Below are positions 39,745 to 49,348 of a stretch of DNA of 64,000 nt, one piece after another; within the stretch, counting starts at the first letter, position 1, and each line of letters begins with the position of its first letter. The stretch lies in assembly GCA_002389045.1 (NCBI GenBank), contig DGNS01000015.1:196217-260216 (forward strand). The letters are read 5' to 3'. Position numbers and translations under genes: made by a program. This DNA comes from Thiotrichaceae bacterium UBA4486. GTDB lineage: Bacteria; Pseudomonadota; Gammaproteobacteria; Eutrophobiales; Eutrophobiaceae. The notes beneath the pieces are model-generated. The model searched no databases. It saw only the letters and a list, made by a program, of their open reading frames with translations, and was not told the origin of the DNA.

Positions 39745-40698
39745 ATGTCACTGGAAAATGTGATGCTGTTCAGCGGTAACGCCAATCCGGATCTGGCGTC
39801 CTGTATCAGCAGCCACCTGAGTATTCCACTGGGCAAGGCCATGGTTGATCGTTTCAGTGACGGTGAAATCATGGTGGAGATCGCCGAGAACGTACGCGCG
39901 CGCGATGTCTACATCATCCAGTCCATCTGCGCTCCGGCCAACGAGAACCTGATGGAACTCCTGGTCATGGCCGACGCCTTGCGGCGGGCTTCCGCCAACC
40001 GGGTGGTTGCCATCATCCCGTATATGGGATACGCGCGCCAGGACCGGCGCACACGATCGGCGCGGGTGCCGATCACCGCCAAGCTGGTGGCCGACATGAT
40101 TTCCGCCGTGGGTATTTCCCATGCGCTGACGGTGGACCTGCACGCCGATCAGATCCAGGGTTTTTTCAATATACCGCTGGATAACGTGTACGCCTCGCCG
40201 GTGTTGCTCGGCGATATCTGGAAGCAGCCCTACGAGGATTTGATGGTGGTTTCGCCGGATGTCGGCGGTGTGGTCCGGGCCCGGGCCCTGGCCAAGCGTC
40301 TCGATGACACGGAACTGGCCATTATCGACAAGCGCCGTTCGAAGGCCAATGAGTCCGAGGTGATGAACATCATCGGTGATGTCGAGGGACGTACCTGCGT
40401 GATCATCGATGATCTCGTGGACACGGCGGGGACGCTGTGTAATGCCGCCGGCGCACTGAAAAGCCACGGCGCGCTCAAGGTGGTGGCCTACTGTACCCAT
40501 GCCGTACTTTCCGGCAGGGCGATCACGAACATCAGCAACTCGAAGCTGGATGAACTGGTCGTCACCGATACCATCCCGCTGGGAACAGCGGCAAGAGAAT
40601 GTGAAAAGATTCGCCAGCTCAGCGTCGCCGCCATGCTGGCTGAAAGTATTCGCCGAATCAGTATCGGCGATTCATTGAGTTCAATGTTCATAGACTAG
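39745..40698 (+). CDS. prs: Ribose-phosphate pyrophosphokinase
   Basis: FSDGE, YARQDR, VSPDVGG and DDLVDTAGT. Confidence 0.97.
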   Translation: MSLENVMLFSGNANPDLASCISSHLSIPLGKAMVDRFSDGEIMVEIAENVRARDVYIIQSICAPANENLMELLVMADALRRASANRVVAIIPYMGYARQDRRTRSARVPITAKLVADMISAVGISHALTVDLHADQIQGFFNIPLDNVYASPVLLGDIWKQPYEDLMVVSPDVGGVVRARALAKRLDDTELAIIDKRRSKANESEVMNIIGDVEGRTCVIIDDLVDTAGTLCNAAGALKSHGALKVVAYCTHAVLSGRAITNISNSKLDELVVTDTIPLGTAARECEKIRQLSVAAMLAESIRRISIGDSLSSMFID

Positions 40699-40713
40699 TG
40701 ACTCAATGCTGAT

Positions 40714-40771
40714 GATTCCGCCTGGTCGCGGGCGGGATCCTGTTATGAAAGCCCTGGCAGACAGGGTTTTC
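40714..40771 (+). promoter_or_regulatory. Structured rplY (L25) leader
   Basis: Hairpin GATTCCGCC-TGGTCGCG-GGCGGGATC and a second hairpin before the RBS; as I recall, TGGTCGC is conserved in gammaproteobacterial rplY leaders. Confidence 0.5.
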
Positions 40772-40795
40772 TCATCCATAAACGGAGTAATTACG

Positions 40796-41470
40796 ATGAA
40801 AAAATTTGAACTGGTTGCCGAGTCGCGCAGCGATGTGGGGAAGGGTGCGAGCCGCCGCCTGCGTCGTAGCAATAAAATACCCGGCGTTGTCTACGGACAG
40901 GGGCAGGAGGCACTGTCCATTACGCTGGGTCACGATGATGTGTTCCATCAACTGGAGAATGAGGCTTTTTATTCCCATATCCTGACACTGAAACTCGATA
41001 ATAATCCGATCAAGGTAGTGCTCAAGGATTTGCAGAGACACCCTTACAAACGCCGCCTGTTGCACATTGACCTGCAGCGTATTAACGAGTCAGAAGCCCT
41101 GACCATGCGCGTGCCGATTCACTTCATCAACGAGGCCAAGAGCGTGGGTGTGAAAAGCGGCGGCATGGTCAACCACGTCATGAACGATGTGGAAATTTCC
41201 TGCCTGCCCGGTAATCTGCCGGAATACATCGAGGTCGATCTGCTGAATCTTGAACTGGGTTCTTCCATTCATCTCAACGAGCTGAAACTGCCGGAAGGTG
41301 TGGAGCTGTACGCGGCCCTTCATGATGAAAACCTGGATGCGCCGGTGGTTTCCATCGTCATGCCCAGAGCCGTCGAGGAGGAAACCGACACCGAGGCTGA
41401 AGAGGCCGAGGTTAAGGCTGCTGCCGCTGCGAAGGCTGATGAAGATGAGGAAGATTCCGACGACAGCTGA
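40796..41470 (+). CDS. rplY: 50S ribosomal protein L25/Ctc
   Basis: GKGASRRLR, PGVVYG, LHIDLQR and an acidic tail; GGAG RBS before ATG 40796. Confidence 0.96.
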   Translation: MKKFELVAESRSDVGKGASRRLRRSNKIPGVVYGQGQEALSITLGHDDVFHQLENEAFYSHILTLKLDNNPIKVVLKDLQRHPYKRRLLHIDLQRINESEALTMRVPIHFINEAKSVGVKSGGMVNHVMNDVEISCLPGNLPEYIEVDLLNLELGSSIHLNELKLPEGVELYAALHDENLDAPVVSIVMPRAVEEETDTEAEEAEVKAAAAAKADEDEEDSDDS

Positions 41471-41495
41471 TCCCGCCTGATACCGAGCCGTCGCT

Positions 41496-42107
41496 GTGCC
41501 GGATCCGTTTCAACTGATCGTGGGCCTGGGCAATCCGGGCCCCGATTACGCCCGTACCAGGCACAATGCCGGTTTCTGGTGTATCGACCGTCTGGCGCGG
41601 AAATACGCTTGCCGATTTCGTAGCGAAACACGATTTGCCGGCGACCTGGCCCGCCTGTCCGATGGCGACCTTGATTGCTGGTTGTTGAAGCCTGCCACCT
41701 TCATGAATCACAGCGGCCGCGCCGTGCAGGCCTTGCTGTCCTTTTACAAACTGGATATCGAACAGACACTGGTGTTGCATGATGACATTGATTTGCCTCC
41801 CGGTACCGTGCGCCTGAAAACCGGCGGTGGACACGGCGGTCATAACGGTTTGCGCGATCTCATTCAACAGACCGGCAGTAACGCTTTCAGCCGTGTACGC
41901 ATCGGTGTCGGGCATCCCGGACATCGCGACCGGGTGATCGATTCCGTGCTCGGACGCGCGGGAGCCGAGGAACAGCGGCTGATCGACGAGGCCATTGACG
42001 ATGTGCTGGTATTGATGCCGGATATACTCAGGGGTCGTATGCAAAAAGCCATGACGGTTCTGCATACGGTCGCGCCCGTGGATACCGATTCCACGGACGG
42101 GGACTGA
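41496..42107 (+). CDS. pth: Peptidyl-tRNA hydrolase
   Basis: GLGNPG, TRHNAGF, HDDID and GGHNG. Confidence 0.97.
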   Translation: MPDPFQLIVGLGNPGPDYARTRHNAGFWCIDRLARKYACRFRSETRFAGDLARLSDGDLDCWLLKPATFMNHSGRAVQALLSFYKLDIEQTLVLHDDIDLPPGTVRLKTGGGHGGHNGLRDLIQQTGSNAFSRVRIGVGHPGHRDRVIDSVLGRAGAEEQRLIDEAIDDVLVLMPDILRGRMQKAMTVLHTVAPVDTDSTDGD

Positions 42108-42110
42108 AGC

Positions 42111-43196
42111 ATGGGATTCAAGTGCGGTATCGTCGGCTTGCCCAATGTCGGCAAGTCCACTCTCTTCAACGCCCTGACCAATTCCGGCATTGATGCCGCC
42201 AACTATCCGTTCTGCACCATTGATCCCAACATCGGCGTGGTGCCGGTACCGGACCCGAGGCTCGATGCCATCGCCGCCATCGTACAGCCGAAACAGGTGA
42301 TCCCCGCACACATGGAGTTTGTGGATATCGCCGGTCTGGTCGAGGGCGCCTCCAAAGGCGAGGGACTCGGTAACCAGTTTCTGTCGCATATCCGGGAAAC
42401 CCACGCCATTGCCCAGGTGGTGCGCTGTTTCGATGATGACAACATCGTGCACGTATCCGGGCGCGTGAACCCCCTGGAAGACATCGAGGTGATCAACACC
42501 GAGTTGTGCCTGGCTGACCAGGAAACCGTGGACAAGGCGCTGCAAAAGGTGCTGAAAACCGCCAGAAGCGGCGACAAGGACGCGCGTAAACAACAGGTGG
42601 AACTGGAACGCATCGCCGCGCACCTGAACGAGGGCAGGCCGGTGCGCACGCTGGCGGATCTCGCGGAGGAGACGCTGCGGCACCTGCACCTGTTGACCGC
42701 CAAGCCGTCGTTTTATATCGCCAACGTGGAAGAGGAAAAACTCGAGGGCAATCCCTGGCTGGAAAAACTGCAAACACTGGCATCCGCGGAAGGCACGGAA
42801 GTGATCCCGGTCTGCGCCGCCATCGAATCGGAAATGTCGGAACTCTCGCTGGAAGAGAAAACCGAGTTCCTGCAGGACCTGGGGCTAAAAGAGCCCGGCC
42901 TTAACCGCATCATTCGCGCCGGTTACAGGCTGCTGGGCCTGCATACGTATTTTACCGCGGGACCGAAGGAAGTCCGCGCCTGGACCATTCCCAAAGGTGC
43001 CACCGCGCCGCAGGCGGCGGCCGTGATCCATACGGACTTCGAGCGTGGTTTTATACGCGCCGAGGTGACCGCGTACGAGGATTTCATTGCCTACGGTGGT
43101 GAGCAGGGTGCGAAGACTGCCGGCAAGTGGTGGCTGGAAGGCAAGGAATATGTCGTAAACGACGGTGATGTTATGCTGTTCCGATTCAACGTTTAA
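42111..43196 (+). CDS. ychF: Ribosome-binding ATPase YchF
   Basis: [22 protein letters not shown] and C-terminal FRFNV. Confidence 0.97.
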   Translation: MGFKCGIVGLPNVGKSTLFNALTNSGIDAANYPFCTIDPNIGVVPVPDPRLDAIAAIVQPKQVIPAHMEFVDIAGLVEGASKGEGLGNQFLSHIRETHAIAQVVRCFDDDNIVHVSGRVNPLEDIEVINTELCLADQETVDKALQKVLKTARSGDKDARKQQVELERIAAHLNEGRPVRTLADLAEETLRHLHLLTAKPSFYIANVEEEKLEGNPWLEKLQTLASAEGTEVIPVCAAIESEMSELSLEEKTEFLQDLGLKEPGLNRIIRAGYRLLGLHTYFTAGPKEVRAWTIPKGATAPQAAAVIHTDFERGFIRAEVTAYEDFIAYGGEQGAKTAGKWWLEGKEYVVNDGDVMLFRFNV

Positions 43197-43205
43197 ATAA
43201 ACGGA

Positions 43206-43259
43206 TGTCATTCCGAGCCTTGTCCCTCGCTACGCTTCGGGACAAGGCTCGAAATGACA
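43206..43259. repeat. REP-like long palindrome
   Basis: TGTCATTCCGAGCCTTGTCCC-loop-GGGACAAGGCTCGAAATGACA; 43223-43251 is identical to 4551-4579. Confidence 0.85.
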
Positions 43260-43272
43260 GGTACTTGTCATT

Positions 43273-43911
43273 ATGGATCCAACCCGGCTTTGCAACGAAC
43301 TGATCAACACCGTCCGCTCCTTCCACGGCAGCGGACTCAGTACCGGTACGTCCGGTAACGCCAGCGTACGTAGCGAAGCCGGGTTCATCATCACGCCGAC
43401 CGGCGTGGACTACGATGATTTGCAGAGCGAGTCCCTCGTAGAAATGGATTTGAACGGTACTGTTGTGAACGGTGCATTAAAACCTTCCAGCGAGTGGCGT
43501 TTCCATCGGGCGATTTACACCTCCCGCCCGGAGACCAACGCGGTGGTTCACGTGCACTCACCCTATGCCACCGGCATCGCCTGCACCCGCAAGGGAATAC
43601 CGGCGTTTCATTACATGATTGCACTGGCCGGCGGCGATTGCATACGCTGCGCCGAATACGCCACTTTCGGTACGGAAGCATTATCCGACAATGCTCTGGC
43701 GGCCCTGCAGGACCGCAAGGCCTGCCTGCTGGCCAACCACGGCCAGATCGCCGTGGGCGGGGATTTGCAGGAGGCGCTGACACTTGCCGAAGCCGTGGAA
43801 AATCTCGCGCAGCAATACTGGATCAGTACTGTTTTCGGGGAACCCGAACTGCTGGATGCGGACGAAATGCGTGTGAATCTGGAAAAATTCAGGCACTACG
43901 GTGAGCAGTAA
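43273..43911 (+). CDS. Class II aldolase/adducin family protein (FucA-like)
   Basis: GTSGNAS, PSSEW, HVHS and ANHG metal ligands. Confidence 0.9.
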   Translation: MDPTRLCNELINTVRSFHGSGLSTGTSGNASVRSEAGFIITPTGVDYDDLQSESLVEMDLNGTVVNGALKPSSEWRFHRAIYTSRPETNAVVHVHSPYATGIACTRKGIPAFHYMIALAGGDCIRCAEYATFGTEALSDNALAALQDRKACLLANHGQIAVGGDLQEALTLAEAVENLAQQYWISTVFGEPELLDADEMRVNLEKFRHYGEQ

Positions 43912-43916
43912 AACGT

Positions 43917-44345
43917 ATGCCATTATCTTTACAACCGTTTCATCTGGCCATTCCCGTTGACGACATTGCAGCGAGCGAGCGCTTTTATGTCGACACCCTG
44001 GGTTGTACGCCGGGACGGCGCGGCGAACGCTGGATCGATTTTGATTTTTTCGGTCACCAGCTTTCCGCGCATCTAACGGCCCGGTCAGACAATCCGGTGC
44101 CGACCAATCCTGTTGATGGTGAGGATGTGCCGGTGCGTCACTTCGGCGTCGTTCTCGACCGGAATGACTGGCAGGCTTTGCAGCAACGCCTGCTCGATGC
44201 CGGTGCGGAATTTTTGATCAAGCCCACGATCCGCTTTGCCGGGCAGCCCGGCGAACAGGCCACGTTTTTTCTCCGCGATCCTTCGGGTAATGCTCTGGAA
44301 TTCAAGTCGTTCCTATCCCCCGAACAGTTGTTTGCCGGAGCATAA
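43917..44345 (+). CDS. VOC/glyoxalase family protein
   Basis: FHLAIPV, FFGHQL, HFGVVL and [10 protein letters not shown]. Confidence 0.9.
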   Translation: MPLSLQPFHLAIPVDDIAASERFYVDTLGCTPGRRGERWIDFDFFGHQLSAHLTARSDNPVPTNPVDGEDVPVRHFGVVLDRNDWQALQQRLLDAGAEFLIKPTIRFAGQPGEQATFFLRDPSGNALEFKSFLSPEQLFAGA

Positions 44346-44352
44346 TGGCGGC

Positions 44353-45465
44353 ATGGCGATACGTATCCCTCCCGCTGCCGAGCTGATTACCGTGCCCGGT
44401 GAAGTGTCGCTGGAGTACGGCGGGACACTGAAAAGCCCGGTCGTGGCCATGGAACGCCTGGGCCAGGTACGCGACGATTCCGCGCCGGTGGTACTGATCT
44501 TTACCGGCATCTCTCCGGATTCGCACGTAGCCTCCTCGGCGCTCGACGCATCCACCGGCTGGTGGGAATACATGGTGGGCAGCGGTTTGCCCGTAAACCT
44601 GGATGAATGCCAGGTGATCTGCATCAACACACCGGGCGGTTGTTACGGCTCGACCGGACCGTTGTCTATCAACCCGGATACTCATCAAGCTTACGGCCCG
44701 CAGTACCCGCCGCTGAGCCTGTGGGACATTGCCCGCATCAGCGGCATGGCGCTGGAACAGATTGGCATTGACAACATTCATTGCGTTATCGGGCCATCCA
44801 TGGGCGGCATGGTCGCGCTGGCCTGGTTGCTGACCTGGCCGGGCCGTAGCCGCCACATGGTCAATATTTCCGCGACGCTGGAGGCCGGCACCTTCGCCAT
44901 TGCACTGCGATCCCTGCAACGCGAGATCATCCGTTCGGATCCCGGATTCAACCAGGGTAACTACCATGACAGGCGGGCACTGAGGCAGGGTATGACCCTG
45001 GCGCGCAAACTGGGAATGATCACCTATCGATCGGCGGATGAATGGCGACAGCGATTCGGCCGCTCGCGTGACAGTGTGGGAGAGCACGGCGGTCGTTTCG
45101 TGATTGAATCCTACCTGACCCTGAATTCGGAAAAATTTGCTGACAGTTTTGATCCCAACAGTTACCTGATTCTGTCGCAGGCCATGGACTGGTTTTCAGT
45201 AGCGGAGACAACGGCTGATCCGGTGCGGGCGTTTTCAGAGTGCGGGCTTGAATCGGCGCTGGTCATCGGGGTAAATTCAGACTTCCTGTTCCCGGAATAC
45301 CAGCAACGGGAATTGGCGCAATGTCTGCAGGCGGCCGGGATCCACTGTGACTATGAATGTGTAGCATCACATTACGGACACGATGCCTTTCTTATCGACG
45401 AGGAAAATTTCTCTCCCCTGGTACGTGCGTATCTTGGCCGGACTATGGAAAACGCGGAGTCATGA
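44353..45465 (+). CDS. MetX-family (homo)serine O-acyltransferase
   Basis: Nucleophile elbow GPSMGG, GWW, YRS, SDFLFP and GHDAFL; start set at ATG 44353. Confidence 0.88.
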   Translation: MAIRIPPAAELITVPGEVSLEYGGTLKSPVVAMERLGQVRDDSAPVVLIFTGISPDSHVASSALDASTGWWEYMVGSGLPVNLDECQVICINTPGGCYGSTGPLSINPDTHQAYGPQYPPLSLWDIARISGMALEQIGIDNIHCVIGPSMGGMVALAWLLTWPGRSRHMVNISATLEAGTFAIALRSLQREIIRSDPGFNQGNYHDRRALRQGMTLARKLGMITYRSADEWRQRFGRSRDSVGEHGGRFVIESYLTLNSEKFADSFDPNSYLILSQAMDWFSVAETTADPVRAFSECGLESALVIGVNSDFLFPEYQQRELAQCLQAAGIHCDYECVASHYGHDAFLIDEENFSPLVRAYLGRTMENAES

Positions 45466-46061
45466 TCGATACCTATAACGACTTTGGTGAATTGTCAGCG
45501 TATCACCTCGAGGAGGTGGATTACCGTATCCACAGGCGCGAGGTCGATTCCCGCTACGCGATCATGGCCATTCATGGCGGCACTATCGAACGCGGCACCA
45601 TGAAAATTGCCGATCTCATCGCTGCCGACGATTATGCTTATTACTGTTTTGAAGGCATCCACAACGCTTCCCGGCATCTGCATATTACCTCCAACCGTTT
45701 CAATGAACCCCGCGCGCTGGAAGTTGCGCGCAGTGTCGACACCGTGATCACGGTGCACGGCGCTTACGGCCAGGCCCGGGAAGTGTATCTTGGAGGACTG
45801 GACGAGGAACTGAAAAGCCGGTTTATAGAGGCGCTGCTGTCTGCCGGGTTCGCGGCGCGGCCGGATCCCAGTCCGACACGCCAGGGCCGCGGTAAATCCA
45901 ACATCTGCAATCGCGGCCGCTCGGGCCGGGGCGTGCAACTGGAATTACCGCGGGGTTTGAGAAAGTCGCTGTTTATCAAGCCCTCATTCAGGGACAGTAC
46001 CTGGCAGCCCGGTGAACGCTTGCAGGATTTTGTCGCGGCAATTCGCACAGCGCTGGATTAG
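45462..46061 (+). CDS. Poly-gamma-glutamate hydrolase-like (DUF867) protein
   Basis: AIHGGTIE, HITS, VHG, NICN and GVQLE; start overlaps the upstream stop (ATGA). Confidence 0.82.
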   Translation: MIDTYNDFGELSAYHLEEVDYRIHRREVDSRYAIMAIHGGTIERGTMKIADLIAADDYAYYCFEGIHNASRHLHITSNRFNEPRALEVARSVDTVITVHGAYGQAREVYLGGLDEELKSRFIEALLSAGFAARPDPSPTRQGRGKSNICNRGRSGRGVQLELPRGLRKSLFIKPSFRDSTWQPGERLQDFVAAIRTALD

Positions 46062-46741
46062 CGAGACTGTTTGAAAACCAGGTATTGCATGGCCAGGGAA
46101 TTGATCCATGTGGCCAGTTGGTCTGTCCACCCGGGCGCCTGCGCACAGGCCCGCGAGATCTGTATCGACAGCATGCCGTCATCCCGCGTTGCCGGTTGTT
46201 CCCGGGTTTTTACGATCAGGGCATCCTCGGTTTTGTAGATAATATATTTTTTGCCGGTATCGATATCGTGATACACCGACGAGCCGTACTGTGTATCCAC
46301 CAGCCAGTGGCCCGCATTCAACAAAGCAGATTCGAACGGGTCAAACCAGAGCTCGGGCCTGAGATCGTGTGACAGCTTGCGCCGCGTGTTCTGCTCACGC
46401 ACATCGGTATAACGCCCGGAAAGCCGGTCCAGCCGGTACAATGATTCAAAACCCAGGGTCACGGCCGGCCCTTTCCATTTCAGAAAGCTGGCATCCAGTT
46501 GCCACTGATCGCCATAAACCGGGAATTCCTCCGGGAAACAGAAGTCACCGCTACGGAGCACGGCGATGTAAACATCATCGGCAAAGGCCTTGAATTCGAG
46601 TTCGGCCACCGGCTGTTCGATGTTGAAGCGGTCGTAAAGCCAGTACGAGGAAAAGGACAGCAGGGCAACCAGTACCAGCACAAACGGAAAGCCGATGACA
46701 AGTATGAATTTAAGCAGCCTGCGCAGCATGTGATCTTCCAT
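46058..46741 (-). CDS. Hypothetical membrane-anchored protein
   Basis: N-terminal TM, GDQWQLDA, YRLDRLSGRY and DTQYGS; start at 46741 or 46729. Confidence 0.65.
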   Translation of the reverse strand: MEDHMLRRLLKFILVIGFPFVLVLVALLSFSSYWLYDRFNIEQPVAELEFKAFADDVYIAVLRSGDFCFPEEFPVYGDQWQLDASFLKWKGPAVTLGFESLYRLDRLSGRYTDVREQNTRRKLSHDLRPELWFDPFESALLNAGHWLVDTQYGSSVYHDIDTGKKYIIYKTEDALIVKTREQPATRDDGMLSIQISRACAQAPGWTDQLATWINSLAMQYLVFKQSR

Positions 46742-47124
46742 TCTACAGTCTATCCGGAGATACAGGATTGTACCGGACCCGGACATGGCAGGCACGGTTT
46801 CGTGTACTGCCACGGCATCGGGTCGTGATGCGCTATGGACGGCGTATGAGGCCGGCTCAACGCTAACGCATACCGGCATTGCCCGTCACACGCCGCCGGC
46901 CGGGTCCTGCTCCCGATAATAATACTTTACTTCGCCCAAACGCTGACTATAGTTACGCACATTACAGCAGCGGTGCAAACAATGTATCGTAACAAAACAG
47001 TATCGGCCGGAGTGCATCCGGCAACCACTCCCGGTGTGCCTGCAGCGGCGCCCTCATGGACAACCATGCCTGCGGCGCACGCCGGCCGCGGACACGCCTG
47101 AGTTTTACCCCGCTTAACCCCGTC

Positions 47125-48144
47125 ATGTCCGATCCCATACCTGCGCGGAAGGCCGCTGCAGTCAGGCTCCGCTATTCGTTCAGGAAAATAATGACCGGCT
47201 CGGATCTGTCGCGGCGGCGCTTGCCGCTGATGTCCGCGATCAGCGAGGTTCCGGGTCCCGTGGTCTGGCTGACCGCCTGTGGACACGGCGATGAGGTCAG
47301 CGGCATCGTGGTCATTCAGGAAATTTTCAGACACATTCGCCGGCGCCTGTGCTGCGGATCCATTTTTGCGTTCCCGCTGATGAACCCGTTCGGTTTCGAG
47401 ATGGTGTCCCGGAACATCACCATGAGCAGTGAGGATCTGAATCGCTCTTTCCCGGGCAATCCTGACGGTACCCTGGGTGAACGTATTGCCGATCTCATCT
47501 TTACCAGCATTATCGATACCCGTCCCGACCTGGTTCTGGATCTGCATAATGACTGGATCGAATCCATTCCCTATGTATTGTTGGATCACCCGCCCGCTCA
47601 TGCGCACAGACAGGCTTACCGTGACGCCCGTTCCGCCGCGCGGCAATCGGGCATGTGCGTGGTCGTTGATGATGAAGAACTGCACAGCAGTTTGTCGTTC
47701 AACCTGCTGCTGAATGATGTCCCGTCGCTGACGCTGGAACTGGGCAAGTCGTATGTGGTCAGTGAATCGAACGTCAAACACGGTGTCGAGGCAATCGGTA
47801 ACATACTGGCTTCGCTGGGTCTGTTCGATGAGCGGAAAACGCCTGTCATGTATCCGTTGCCGGAGTGTTATGGCAAGGGCAGGTTACTTCGCTATAGCGA
47901 CAAGCCCTATGGTTCCAGAACCGGCATCATCCGTTTCCTGACCAGGCCCGGCGAAGTGGTCAGTTTCGGTCAGCCACTGGCCCGGATCGTCAATGCCTTC
48001 GGCCGTCACCAGGAAACCGTCACGGCCAATCACGATGCCCTGGTGCTGGGTCTGGCGGACTCATCCGCGGCATTCCCGGGCATTCCCATCATGTCTTTCG
48101 GTGTCCCTGAAGTTTCCGGCCGGAACGGCGTGGCCAGGGGCTAA
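47125..48144 (+). CDS. Succinylglutamate desuccinylase/aspartoacylase-like M14 metallo-amidohydrolase
   Basis: HGDE, DLNRSFPG, DLH, TLELG and a C-terminal barrel-sandwich segment; start uncertain. Confidence 0.88.
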   Translation: MSDPIPARKAAAVRLRYSFRKIMTGSDLSRRRLPLMSAISEVPGPVVWLTACGHGDEVSGIVVIQEIFRHIRRRLCCGSIFAFPLMNPFGFEMVSRNITMSSEDLNRSFPGNPDGTLGERIADLIFTSIIDTRPDLVLDLHNDWIESIPYVLLDHPPAHAHRQAYRDARSAARQSGMCVVVDDEELHSSLSFNLLLNDVPSLTLELGKSYVVSESNVKHGVEAIGNILASLGLFDERKTPVMYPLPECYGKGRLLRYSDKPYGSRTGIIRFLTRPGEVVSFGQPLARIVNAFGRHQETVTANHDALVLGLADSSAAFPGIPIMSFGVPEVSGRNGVARG

Positions 48145-48148
48145 TCCC

Positions 48149-49213
48149 ATGTACCGGCAGGATCCATTCATAGATTTATTAAAAGCACTCATCCGCCAAC
48201 CCAGTGTTGTTGCCGCGGAGCATTCGTTTTTCAGGGTTCTGCAAAGAGAACTCGAGGAACGCGGAGCGAAGGTGACGTGGTACGAAGGGCTGCTGGTGGC
48301 CCAGGGGCGGCGGCCCGATTCGGCCCAGTTTTCCGCACATATCGATCGTCACGGTCTGGTTTGCACGGGGCCGAATGAATTCCAGTATGCGGCGTTCGTG
48401 GCCGGGCACCGCTCCGACCTGCTCGGCAACTCGGTTTCGGAAAAAATGATGATGAAGATTGTTGACCGGTTCCGCTCGGTGCCGGTTATGGCCTACGAGC
48501 CGTGGTCGGGTACGTATCGCGGCGCCGGTATCATTACCCGTGCCTATGTCTGCGAATACCGTAAGAACCTGATATTCGAGGTCGAAGGACTCGAACACCT
48601 GGTGGCGGGAACGCCGGTGGCGTTTACTGATCGGCTCAGTCTGACCGACGGTTACCTGAGCGGCCAGCTCGATAACGTGCTTACCGCGGCCCATCTGGTC
48701 AATCTGTTCAGCCAGGGATTCGAAGGCACGGCTTTTTTCACGGCGCAGGAAGAAACCGGCAGCAGCTGGCGCTTCCTGCTGGAATGGTTCCGGCGATTCG
48801 GCGGCTCCACGGAGCGGTTGATCGTGGTTGATACCAGTCCCTACCCTGACCGCGAATCTGCCGGCCGGCAACAGGTCGTGCTGCGCCGGCGCGACGTCAA
48901 CGCCGGATTCCATCCGCAGACCACCGAATGGCTGGAGTCACTCTGTAGAAACAGTGGTATCAGCTATTCTTTCAAGGACGCCTGGATAGAGGCGAGGAAT
49001 CTGGAAGCGGCACGGTCCGGCAATGATATACAGTCACTGGGAAGCACCGAACTCGGTCGCATTGTCCAGGCATCGAACGGTTTCGTGCAGGGTGCAACGC
49101 TGCAGATCCCGACCACCGGTTATCACACCATGCAGGAGTCCTGCAGCCTGGAATCCTGTGAAGCCTTTAACCGATTGCTGTTAATGATCGCCGGGCTCGA
49201 GCGTGCTATCTGA
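48149..49213 (+). CDS. M42/M20-like binuclear metallopeptidase
   Basis: Ligand set AHID, LDN, QEE, VDTS and GYHT; start set at ATG 48149. Confidence 0.82.
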   Translation: MYRQDPFIDLLKALIRQPSVVAAEHSFFRVLQRELEERGAKVTWYEGLLVAQGRRPDSAQFSAHIDRHGLVCTGPNEFQYAAFVAGHRSDLLGNSVSEKMMMKIVDRFRSVPVMAYEPWSGTYRGAGIITRAYVCEYRKNLIFEVEGLEHLVAGTPVAFTDRLSLTDGYLSGQLDNVLTAAHLVNLFSQGFEGTAFFTAQEETGSSWRFLLEWFRRFGGSTERLIVVDTSPYPDRESAGRQQVVLRRRDVNAGFHPQTTEWLESLCRNSGISYSFKDAWIEARNLEAARSGNDIQSLGSTELGRIVQASNGFVQGATLQIPTTGYHTMQESCSLESCEAFNRLLLMIAGLERAI

Positions 49214-49348
49214 GCAGGGAATTCCGGAAGCACTGAACAGGTTCATCCAGGGCTTGTCCGGGCACGGCATAAAAAAGGTGATTTTATGTGTCTCCGGGAA
49301 TCAATCAACAATCTGGCCGCCAGGCCAAATCCATAAAGGGTAATAATT

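Noticed and set aside
41412-42773. 453-aa antisense ORF, representative of many long antisense ORFs in the track
   Set aside because: Mirror frames of well-supported genes (pth/ychF), expected in GC-rich DNA
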